Below, one piece after another: positions 10,217-18,780 of a stretch of DNA of 36,777 nucleotides. A program made the position numbers and the translations under genes. Every line of letters begins with the position of its first letter. Positions within the stretch are counted from its first letter, which is position 1. The notes beneath the pieces are model-generated. The model made no database searches. It was given only the letters and a program-made list of their open reading frames with translations, and was not told the origin of the DNA. Location: the NCBI GenBank assembly GCA_964583985.1, contig CAZOYD010000033.1, positions 1 to 36,777 of the forward strand, read 5' to 3'. This DNA is from an uncultured archaeon. Lineage in GTDB: Archaea; Asgardarchaeota; Lokiarchaeia; Sigyniarchaeales; SOKP01.

Positions 10217-12055
10217 CTATATCTTATCTAAACCCAATAAGGTAAGTTTTTCAGCTTTAGGATATCCAGAATTGAGATCAAAGGTGCGATAATCATAATA
10301 ACTTAATTTAAGTTGTTCAAAATTAGGTGTTTGGCCTGCAGAACCACCTTCTTTGAGAGGTTCTAGTACAATTTTTGGCAACCTATCATCATGTGCCGTC
10401 AAACCCATTTTTAAATTGAACAATCGTTTCATCATGTAAATTCTCTCTCCTAATTTTTTAAACTCGCTAATATCAAATGATTGTCCTGTAGCAGCATTTA
10501 ACATCGATATGACCATCGATGGAGGAGGATTGGCAAATAGGCACATTATTAAAGAACTTGTGATGGCACGATAATCTTGGATACGAGCACAGTACTCTGC
10601 CATTGCAGCATCATCTTGATACCAATCTACTTCCATTTTTATACCAAATTCATCATACGGAACGCCTAATAAAAGAAAATAGGCATCACAGGAAGTATGA
10701 CATGGTCCACGTGGAGTTCCCAGAGCGTAACCAACAGCCATTCCAAACATTCGTCGTAAATCATGATAAGGAATTTCCATTCCATATACCGTAGCGATTT
10801 CATCTTGTGATATGTTAAAATGCTTCCCTACTGCATCAGAACCATTCGCTAATACATCACCTATTCCGTTTCTCGTGGAGATCTTCTTGATCATGTCTAA
10901 GAATGGTTGAATACTCCCCCATTCTGGTTCTAAGCCATCAATATCTTCTTTTTTAATTTTACCACTGTTATAAAGATAATAGATAAAAGCAATTGTACTG
11001 CTCCCACTTATAGTGTCAATGCCATAGTCGTTGCATAAATAATTAGCAATTTGAATTGATTCCAAATTATCGTTCAGAATCATGGTACCAAAACCAGCCA
11101 CTGTCTCATATTCAGCTGCTTCTATCTCTCCAGGACTTTTGTAATTTCCTTCTTTTATTCGTGTTTTCTTTGCACATCCTATAGGACAGGCAAAACAAGG
11201 ATAACTCCCAGTAAAGATTTTCTCTGATGCTGTCGATCCTGACAAATTAAATGCCCCCTCCCATGTTCCAAGAGTCCAATATTTAATGGGGAGTTCTCCT
11301 GTTGAATTATACATGTCTAAACCGCCACTGGTACCAAGTATACTGAACATTTGAGTTGCAAAGGATGAATTAATGCTTTCTATTGCGGTTTTTACACTTT
11401 CCTTGAATTCTTCAGGATGAGCGGGTTCATAGGATCTTTTTTTAGCTTTAATCACGATTGCTTTCAATTTTTTTGAGCCCATCACGGCACCCATCCCTGT
11501 TCTTCCCGCGGCTTTATCTTCTGAGCCGATGATGGCATAACGAACCAGATTTTCTCCTGCAGGTCCTATACATGATACTCGTGCAAATTCAGATCCCATC
11601 CCATCTTTCAAGATTTTTGTAGTCTCGATAATACCCTTACCCCATAAACTCGTAGCATCCTTAATTTTTGTGCCTTCTTCAGTAATTTCTAAATATACGG
11701 GGACTTTGGATGCTCCTTTTATAATAATCCCATCAAAACCAGCCTTCTTAATTTCAGGTCCAAAATAACCTCCGCAATTTGATTCACCCCAAATCCCCGT
11801 CAAAGGAGATTTCGCACAAACTACGAATCTCCCACTTGTAGGGGCATTAGATCCGCAAAAGGGACCCGTCATAAACATTAAAATATTATCGGGGGACAAG
11901 GGATCAGTATCCTTATTGAGGTGGTTATATAAGTAGCGAACGCAATAACCAGCACCACCAAGAAAATTTTTAGCAATTTCAGTTTCTAATGGTTCTTCCT
12001 CAACAATGTTTTTAGTTAAATCAACAATTAATAGATTTCCAGTAAAAGCTTTCAT
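10217..12055 (-). CDS. aor: tungsten-dependent aldehyde:ferredoxin oxidoreductase family protein
   Basis: KSPLTG, IGPAGENLV, AAGRTGMGAVMGSKKLKA, C-x2-C-x3-C, EYET, DDRLP. Confidence 0.92.
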   Translation of the reverse strand: MKAFTGNLLIVDLTKNIVEEEPLETEIAKNFLGGAGYCVRYLYNHLNKDTDPLSPDNILMFMTGPFCGSNAPTSGRFVVCAKSPLTGIWGESNCGGYFGPEIKKAGFDGIIIKGASKVPVYLEITEEGTKIKDATSLWGKGIIETTKILKDGMGSEFARVSCIGPAGENLVRYAIIGSEDKAAGRTGMGAVMGSKKLKAIVIKAKKRSYEPAHPEEFKESVKTAIESINSSFATQMFSILGTSGGLDMYNSTGELPIKYWTLGTWEGAFNLSGSTASEKIFTGSYPCFACPIGCAKKTRIKEGNYKSPGEIEAAEYETVAGFGTMILNDNLESIQIANYLCNDYGIDTISGSSTIAFIYYLYNSGKIKKEDIDGLEPEWGSIQPFLDMIKKISTRNGIGDVLANGSDAVGKHFNISQDEIATVYGMEIPYHDLRRMFGMAVGYALGTPRGPCHTSCDAYFLLLGVPYDEFGIKMEVDWYQDDAAMAEYCARIQDYRAITSSLIMCLFANPPPSMVISMLNAATGQSFDISEFKKLGERIYMMKRLFNLKMGLTAHDDRLPKIVLEPLKEGGSAGQTPNFEQLKLSYYDYRTFDLNSGYPKAEKLTLLGLDKI

Positions 12056-12162
12056 TATTCTATCTAATACCTCAAAATTCTAATTATGTAAATATAGGAT
12101 TCTTTGCTTTTTTAATATTTTATTAAATCACAAAGTGAAAAAAAACAAGAAGTTCTCTGATT

Positions 12163-13893
12163 TTATAAAAATAATTTTGCATTTCTCTCTGCTAATTTCT
12201 TCAAAAATTCAGGAAATATACTAAATTGATTCCGTTCAATATTTAGATATTTCAAAGCAGGTAAATTTCCTATAGTTTCTGGTAATGTAGTAAGTAGATT
12301 AGTTCTTAAAAATAAATATTCTAAAGATTTCATATTACCAAATGATTCGGGAAGATTTTTTAGCTTATTATTACCTAGATATAAATAACTTAATGATTCA
12401 AGATTTCCAATTGATTCAGGGATCTGAGATAATTCATTATAATACAAATAAAGATATCTAAGTGATTCTAATTCCCCAATTGAACTTGGTATCTCTACTA
12501 AATGGTTTTTTCCTAAATCTAAGGTCTCGAGATTTTTAAGGGATCCAATTGTTTCTGGAATTCTTTTTAGTTGATTGAAACCAATAATTAGGTTTTTGAT
12601 CTGATGCAATGAACCAATTTCCGATGTTAATTCATTTAATTTATTTGAAGATAAATCCAATTCAATTAAAGCCTTTAAAAGTCCAATTTGATTTGGAATT
12701 TTCTCTATTTGATTTTTACTTAAATCTAAAATTTCTAAAGAAGTTAATCCACTAATAGAAGAAGAGAGGATAGTTAATTTGTTATCATATAAATCTAATT
12801 CTTTTAACGATGAAAGGTTTCCAATTGATTCAGGGAGATGCTCAATTTCATTTCGATCAGCTTTTAAAATTTCAAGATTAGTAAGTAATCCTATCGACTC
12901 GGGTAAATCTTTGATATTATTTTTTTCTAATTTTAAAAACCTTAAACAATTTAGATCACCGATATTGGGAATTATCTTGATATTATTATTTGAGATATCT
13001 AATCGTATTAAGGATCTGAGTGAACTGATACTATTAGGAAGCTCTATTAAGTTATTTGTTGATAAACTAAGGTTTTCTAATTTATCAAGATTACCAATTG
13101 ATTCTGGTATCTCTGCTAGGGAATTGGAAGATAATCCCAAATAAGATAAATTCCTCAAATCCCCTATAGATGATGGAAGAAATGTGATTTTATTGTTTTT
13201 AAGAAAAAGAGAAGTAAGAGAGGATAAATTACAGATAGACTTGGGGAGGTCAATAAGGCGATTATTTCTTAAATTTAGGCGCTTTAGAGATTTTAATTGT
13301 CCAATAGTTTCAGGGATTTTTTCTAAGTTATTATTGATTAAGTACAATAATTCTAAAGAGGATAAAGATCCAATAGATTCAGGAAGAAATTCAATTAGGT
13401 TTTCATTTAAATCCAATGATTTTAAATTTTTAAGATTCTCAATAGTATGAGGTAAAGAAGTTAGTTTATTTTGACTTAAATTTAATATTTCTAATGAATG
13501 TAAAAATTCAATTTCTTTCGGTATTTCTGAAATTAAATTTGATTCAAGATTTAATTCAATTAAGGAAGAGCAAGAAAAAACTGTTCTCGGTATCTTCATT
13601 AGACTATTTTCACTTAGATCCAGTTTTTTTAACGTAATTATGAAACAAGCATTTTCTGGAAAGAACTTGATTTTATTTCCCCTTAATAATAATTGTTCTA
13701 AAAATGTAAGCACATTGATGTTTTCTGGAATTGAGGTAAGATGGCAAGAAAATAACGAAATTCCATTGACTCTATCATCTTTTACAGTATAACCAAATGT
13801 ACCATTATTAATTACTGGAACTTCGGGTATGGGTTCCCCTATTAAACCTTCAAGATCTTGTAAAAACCTTCGTTCTTCTTGAGGAATCGACAT
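12163..13893 (-). CDS. leucine-rich repeat protein, 23 tandem repeats of about 23 aa
   Basis: Consensus LxxLxLxxNxLxxLPxSIGxLxx counted 23 times (one repeat is 22 aa); short N-terminal cap, no other domain. Confidence 0.95.
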   Translation of the reverse strand: MSIPQEERRFLQDLEGLIGEPIPEVPVINNGTFGYTVKDDRVNGISLFSCHLTSIPENINVLTFLEQLLLRGNKIKFFPENACFIITLKKLDLSENSLMKIPRTVFSCSSLIELNLESNLISEIPKEIEFLHSLEILNLSQNKLTSLPHTIENLKNLKSLDLNENLIEFLPESIGSLSSLELLYLINNNLEKIPETIGQLKSLKRLNLRNNRLIDLPKSICNLSSLTSLFLKNNKITFLPSSIGDLRNLSYLGLSSNSLAEIPESIGNLDKLENLSLSTNNLIELPNSISSLRSLIRLDISNNNIKIIPNIGDLNCLRFLKLEKNNIKDLPESIGLLTNLEILKADRNEIEHLPESIGNLSSLKELDLYDNKLTILSSSISGLTSLEILDLSKNQIEKIPNQIGLLKALIELDLSSNKLNELTSEIGSLHQIKNLIIGFNQLKRIPETIGSLKNLETLDLGKNHLVEIPSSIGELESLRYLYLYYNELSQIPESIGNLESLSYLYLGNNKLKNLPESFGNMKSLEYLFLRTNLLTTLPETIGNLPALKYLNIERNQFSIFPEFLKKLAERNAKLFL

Positions 13894-14061
13894 GATTTAG
13901 AGTAACCTTATTATTTTTATTCTAAATTGTGTGTAAAATATAATTTTAGTACTCAAAAAGATAATCAAAATAACCCTATTTATGTCTTACATTTTGAAAA
14001 AAAAAAGGAAATTTTTCTAGAATTATAAAATATATAAAAATAAAAAGAAAACGATTTAGAT

Positions 14062-15270
14062 TTAAAAATCTACATCTTTTCCTTCGTACGCATAAAGGAA
14101 TATTTTCTTAAATTCATCAGGACTAGGTCCTCTAGGAGTGAGTACAGAGCTAGCATCTTGATAACATAAGTCTAGTAAGGTATCTAAATCTTTTTCAAAG
14201 ATTTCCTTGGTGACCTTAGTTCCTTTTAAGGTCTCTTTTAGATTCAAGGGAAAATCAACTTGTTTAGCTAATTCTTCGATTTTTTCAATAACCTTATTAG
14301 CAGCAGTTTTATCATCTTCATTCCAATCTACCCAACCCATTTGTTTGGATAATTTTGCATAAATTTTGATAACCTCTTCACTTTCAGGTCCATTAAGTAT
14401 AAATTGAGTTACATATTTCAAAACTATACCTACAGAACGTCCATGAGGAGTATGATAAAGTGCCCCCCATGAATGACCAAGTGTATGTCCAATATGTACA
14501 TTTCCATTACCAAAAGCTAATCCTGCCATGGTAGCAGCTTGATGCATATAATCTCTGGCTTCTTGATTCTTTCCATCCTTATATGCAATGGGTAGATATT
14601 TAAATATTAACTCTATAGCCTTTAATGCCAGCGCATTACTAAATTCATTGCGCCATAATGTACCTAACCCTTCAATTGAATGAGATAATGCATCAAAACC
14701 AGTATCTGCGGTTAACCTTGGTGGCATGCCTTGAGGAAAAATAGGATCAACAATAGCATATGTTGGAATGAGTCCCCTATGTAAATAGAGATATTTTTTC
14801 CAAATCTCTTGATCATATCTTGATATAACAGTAACATATGTAGTTTCTGCGCCAGTCCCTGACGTTGTAGGGATGGCCACTAATTTTGCTTTTTTTCCCA
14901 TTTCATAAAGATCTGACCGAAAAGCATGTATATCATCAAGAGTAAGTTCAGGAAACTCATAAAGAGCCCAACAAGTCTTAGCTGTATCCATAACTGATCC
15001 TCCGCCTAATGCGATGATGATTTCAGGTTCATATTTTAAGCACTCCTCTCTAGCTTTTATTACTCCCTCTTCTCTGGGATCTGGTAGGACCTCATCGAAA
15101 ATAAAATATTTTTTACCAAAAGAATCTAATTTATCTGTTAATATTTTCAGATATCCCAATTCGACTATAATCTTATCAGTAATAATGAAACATTTTTCTC
15201 CCGAGATATTTTCAAAAAAATCTATTGCATCTGGACCATGGATGATATTAGGGGCAAAAAAAAACCACAT
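14062..15270 (-). CDS. iron-containing (type III) alcohol dehydrogenase
   Basis: ALGGGSVMD, IPTTSGTGAE, DALSH..E, H...H...HG metal ligands. Confidence 0.93.
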   Translation of the reverse strand: MWFFFAPNIIHGPDAIDFFENISGEKCFIITDKIIVELGYLKILTDKLDSFGKKYFIFDEVLPDPREEGVIKAREECLKYEPEIIIALGGGSVMDTAKTCWALYEFPELTLDDIHAFRSDLYEMGKKAKLVAIPTTSGTGAETTYVTVISRYDQEIWKKYLYLHRGLIPTYAIVDPIFPQGMPPRLTADTGFDALSHSIEGLGTLWRNEFSNALALKAIELIFKYLPIAYKDGKNQEARDYMHQAATMAGLAFGNGNVHIGHTLGHSWGALYHTPHGRSVGIVLKYVTQFILNGPESEEVIKIYAKLSKQMGWVDWNEDDKTAANKVIEKIEELAKQVDFPLNLKETLKGTKVTKEIFEKDLDTLLDLCYQDASSVLTPRGPSPDEFKKIFLYAYEGKDVDF

Positions 15271-15507
15271 CTTTTTAAATCACCTTTAAATTGGTTTAGT
15301 TATTTTTTAAAGTAAAGAATTTTAAAATACTAATATTTTTGTTAAATTAAATAGATTATTAAAGCTAGAGATTTTATTTTTGATTCATATTTGTACAAAA
15401 AAGAATTTCAAAATACTTATATTTTATTTCAATTAAATACATTATTAAAGCTAAAGATATTATTCGCTTGGAAAATTAGGTCTTATTTAATAATATAACG
15501 AGCTAGC

Positions 15508-15924
15508 ATGATGGAAGATTCTGAAAAAGATAATTTATATATCACTTTCAAAGGCGTAATTGAAAGTATAATTGATGAAAAACGAAAAAATCCCAAAAAT
15601 GAGAAATTACTCAATGAATTTAAAGCAAGAATTAATTTGGGACTGCAAATAGAAGAGGATTACATTTTTTGGTTGAATTTGATAGCTAATGAAGGAAAAT
15701 ATAGTTTGAATAGGGATAAACTTGATGATTATGATTTAGAACTCATTTCTGCTCCCGAAGACATGATGTATTTCTCAAATGGTCAAAATTCAACATTAAA
15801 CATGATGTTAAAGAAGAATGTTTTTGGTAAAACCAAACTTCAGTTTAGTAAGGGGAGCACGGGAAAAAGAAATCTTGGTTTATTGTTAAAGCTCCCAAAA
15901 ATTTTAGTGTTGGATAAAATCTAA
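15508..15924 (+). CDS. hypothetical protein, probable divergent SCP2 lipid-binding fold
   Basis: Size and helix/strand pattern, D-L-E-L linker and 'KL.F..G...NL.LLLKL..IL' C-terminus resemble SCP2. Inference only. Confidence 0.5.
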   Translation: MMEDSEKDNLYITFKGVIESIIDEKRKNPKNEKLLNEFKARINLGLQIEEDYIFWLNLIANEGKYSLNRDKLDDYDLELISAPEDMMYFSNGQNSTLNMMLKKNVFGKTKLQFSKGSTGKRNLGLLLKLPKILVLDKI

Positions 15925-15933
15925 CTATTTACG

Positions 15934-16563
15934 CTAGTATCTATTAACGACCGTGTGATTCTTGAATAAAAAATTAAACTTTTTTTCTTCAAATCGATCA
16001 CTATTTTTTTTTAAAATAAATAAATCAACGTCTATATTAGAAGTGGATTCATCAACTGTGATCACCAAAAAGCTTGGATTTCTACTTGCTACGAATGACC
16101 AAGCTCCTGTAATGCTTCCAGGATTTAATAATAACGTCCCATTTTCCGAGAGAGCCACTTCTTCATGATGAGTATGACCCGAGATTAGTAAGTGATAATT
16201 CCGTTCTGATGCCAATAATTCTAATTGTGAATGATCACCACGAGGACTTATTTGATCTCCATGAGTTAATCCAATTACTAAATTTTCATTCTCATTCATG
16301 GGGATTTCAAGTTTTTGATAAATTTGCACGTTTCGATTGCCTCCATAATAATCCATGTTTCCAAGTACAATAAAGAGATCCCTTTTTGTTCTAAGATTCA
16401 AGAAATCAAGAAATTCAGGTGCATCTACCACATCCCCAGTGAAAAATGTATAGTCGAAAAGGTTTTTTTCGGTCAACCGTTTTAATATTTCGAGTACTTG
16501 TGATGGGATTTCTTTTGCCCTACGAGGAATGTGTGAATCTCCAATAGCTAATAATTTCAACAT
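15934..16563 (-). CDS. Vps29/YfcE-like metallophosphoesterase
   Basis: GDSHIP.R, TGD, GNMD, HGDQI.PRGD, ISGHTH, NPGSITGAW, PSF motifs. Confidence 0.88.
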   Translation of the reverse strand: MLKLLAIGDSHIPRRAKEIPSQVLEILKRLTEKNLFDYTFFTGDVVDAPEFLDFLNLRTKRDLFIVLGNMDYYGGNRNVQIYQKLEIPMNENENLVIGLTHGDQISPRGDHSQLELLASERNYHLLISGHTHHEEVALSENGTLLLNPGSITGAWSFVASRNPSFLVITVDESTSNIDVDLFILKKNSDRFEEKKFNFLFKNHTVVNRY

Positions 16564-16565
16564 TA

Positions 16566-17669
16566 TTACTTCTTAATTTCCTTTTCATACACTTTTTTGA
16601 CAAATTCATACAATTCTTTGGCTCTTGGATCCTTTTCAAAATGTTTACGCATTGGTTCAATTAATTGGTTTAAATATTTAATTACAGCAGGTTTTAAATC
16701 TGGAGGATTAAGCTTCCCAGCACCATAATCCGCTTCTAGTTCTTTAAAGGTCTTATAGGTAATGTTTCCTCCATATTTTTCAGGTCTCTCGATCTTAAAC
16801 TCATCAACCAATTCGAAAATGATGTACTTACAATATTCCAAAATGGGATTTTCTTGTATTTCTCCGGGAGGACAGTACGCCTTGTTAATTTTACGTTTAA
16901 TATCAGCAATTGTATCTAACATGAAAATTGCCGAATCAGGATTAGATTTTGACATTTTTAGCTTTACCGCGCGATCTATTCCCGTTAAATCAGTGTCAGG
17001 AGGTTTTCCTAACCCCATTAACATGTGATGACTTAGCGAGATTGGTTTTGGTCTATTTAATTTACTTGCCACTTCTCTTGCCAACATGTTGACTTTTCTT
17101 TGATCTAATCCCAATTGACATATATCAGCGGGAAGAAAAAAGATATCTGCACATTGCATTAACGGGTATAGGATTTGCGAAGCAGATAATGAATCGCTAT
17201 CCTCTCTTCCCATTATTTGAGTGCATCGCTTTACGCGATTTAGTGAACTATTTATTGCTATTTTTAAGACAAGTTGCCAATATTGAGGGTCTTTCACTAG
17301 CTCAGACGCATAAATGAACTCCACCATGCTTAAATCCATATTGCATGCTTTCCATACTTCAATAAAATAATCGCCTACTTTCTTGATTACCTTTAAATCG
17401 CCTCCAAATTTGTGATTTGCAGCAGCATGCCAGTCTGCAACGAGAAATTTAAATCTCACTCCGGTTTTGGTGATTTTATTTACATTAATAGCCCTTAATA
17501 ACCCTTGAGCAATGTGAATGTTCCCAGATGGTTCAAATCCATCATACGCATAAATTTTTTCATCATGCTCACTTTTCCACATGAATAATTTTCGTAATTC
17601 CTCAATATCGATGATTTCTTCTCCTACTTCTTTTAATAAAGATATTTTTTCATCTAAAGATAAAGTCAA
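16566..17669 (-). CDS. tyrS: tyrosyl-tRNA synthetase (archaeal/eukaryote type)
   Basis: YDGFEPSG.IHIAQG, YPLMQCADI, QLGLDQRKVN, KMSKS, AYCP; TTG start. Confidence 0.95.
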   Translation of the reverse strand: MTLSLDEKISLLKEVGEEIIDIEELRKLFMWKSEHDEKIYAYDGFEPSGNIHIAQGLLRAINVNKITKTGVRFKFLVADWHAAANHKFGGDLKVIKKVGDYFIEVWKACNMDLSMVEFIYASELVKDPQYWQLVLKIAINSSLNRVKRCTQIMGREDSDSLSASQILYPLMQCADIFFLPADICQLGLDQRKVNMLAREVASKLNRPKPISLSHHMLMGLGKPPDTDLTGIDRAVKLKMSKSNPDSAIFMLDTIADIKRKINKAYCPPGEIQENPILEYCKYIIFELVDEFKIERPEKYGGNITYKTFKELEADYGAGKLNPPDLKPAVIKYLNQLIEPMRKHFEKDPRAKELYEFVKKVYEKEIKK

Positions 17670-17778
17670 TTTCTAACCTCGTTCAATCTTATAGATTAAT
17701 TAAATTCTCGATCTTGATTTAATCTTTATGGTTTAAAATGATTAATTGAGAATTCGCTGAAATTTGGTTTTGCCTAAT

Positions 17779-18522
17779 CTATATTGCAATCTTAAATAAC
17801 TTTAAGAGTCGATTTGGGAGTAAAAATCCTAAATACATTAATATAGAGCTAATTAAAACGATAACTCGTGTAATTATTAAGGCAACAAGATTATTTATTA
17901 AATAAGGTAAAGACGCACCTATTAAGAACAAAATAAAACCTAATAATAGAATTTTTCCTTTTAATTTAACCTTAGGAAATTCAGACTTTATTGATATAAT
18001 TGAAAAAGTAAATCCAGAGAGTAATATTAATACCATAACGCTAATATAAAAAATTGCTATAAATAGGCTTTCCATAGAATTAAAGGGATCAATGAACGAA
18101 CCAATAAACTCTAAATTAAGGAAAGCGAGGGTGAAAAAAGTTATTTCAAACGCAATGAAGAATATCATTAACAAATTTAGAATTAGTTTCCTCTTTTTTA
18201 ATCCCAATAATTTTGTTATGGCGGCTAACCAAAACATAATTGCTATTGGAAGATATGCGGTGAAAATAATAAAAATGATGATAACGCAATTTAGGTAAAA
18301 TTGGTCGCTCAACACCCCATTTGTTAAGGCTATTATTAGAAAACCTAAACCCTCAGGAAACCATGGACCTGCCATCCCAATTAATGCTAATCCTATAAAA
18401 AGAATTTCTAACATTGCGAGCTTAAAGTACTTGTAAATTAAGATTCCACTCAAAATTAAAGTTATCGTGATATAAATTAAACTTAAAGATCCTTGAACTA
18501 TTTCTATCATGCCCAAATCCAT
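17779..18522 (-). CDS. stand-alone 7-transmembrane protein of unknown function
   Basis: Seven hydrophobic segments with basic loops; no soluble domain. Confidence 0.75.
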   Translation of the reverse strand: MDLGMIEIVQGSLSLIYITITLILSGILIYKYFKLAMLEILFIGLALIGMAGPWFPEGLGFLIIALTNGVLSDQFYLNCVIIIFIIFTAYLPIAIMFWLAAITKLLGLKKRKLILNLLMIFFIAFEITFFTLAFLNLEFIGSFIDPFNSMESLFIAIFYISVMVLILLSGFTFSIISIKSEFPKVKLKGKILLLGFILFLIGASLPYLINNLVALIITRVIVLISSILMYLGFLLPNRLLKLFKIAI

Positions 18523-18656
18523 TGTAATGCGACTCTATATGATTTTTTATTTTTTTATAATATAGATAATAAATAGGTTATTTATATTTTTTAAAATTAT
18601 TAAAATTTTATCACACTAAAACCAAAAATCCATTGATTAAAATACCTAATCATTCA

Positions 18657-18680
18657 AAATCAAGCTTACAATCTTGATTT
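18657..18680. repeat. perfect 8-bp inverted repeat (possible operator or terminator hairpin)
   Basis: AAATCAAG-cttacaat-CTTGATTT between the ppdK stop and the 7TM gene start. Confidence 0.4.
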
Positions 18681-18780
18681 AATTTTATAAAAGTAAGAGA
18701 AAGTAATGACTAATTGCAACTTCTAAAGCTAATTTGTAAGAATAACTAAAAAGGGGCACGATAAAAAAGTATGAAACTAA

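Noticed and set aside
12163-13893. Recurrent 69-bp-period DNA words (ccaattgattc..gg) suggesting CRISPR or DGR repeats
   Set aside because: Degenerate and in frame with the LRR 'PESIG' motif; no identical repeats, cas genes or reverse transcriptase.
17779-18522. 7TM protein as a rhodopsin or heliorhodopsin
   Set aside because: No Schiff-base Lys motif in helix 7 and no RYxDW/RWxEY motif in helix 3.
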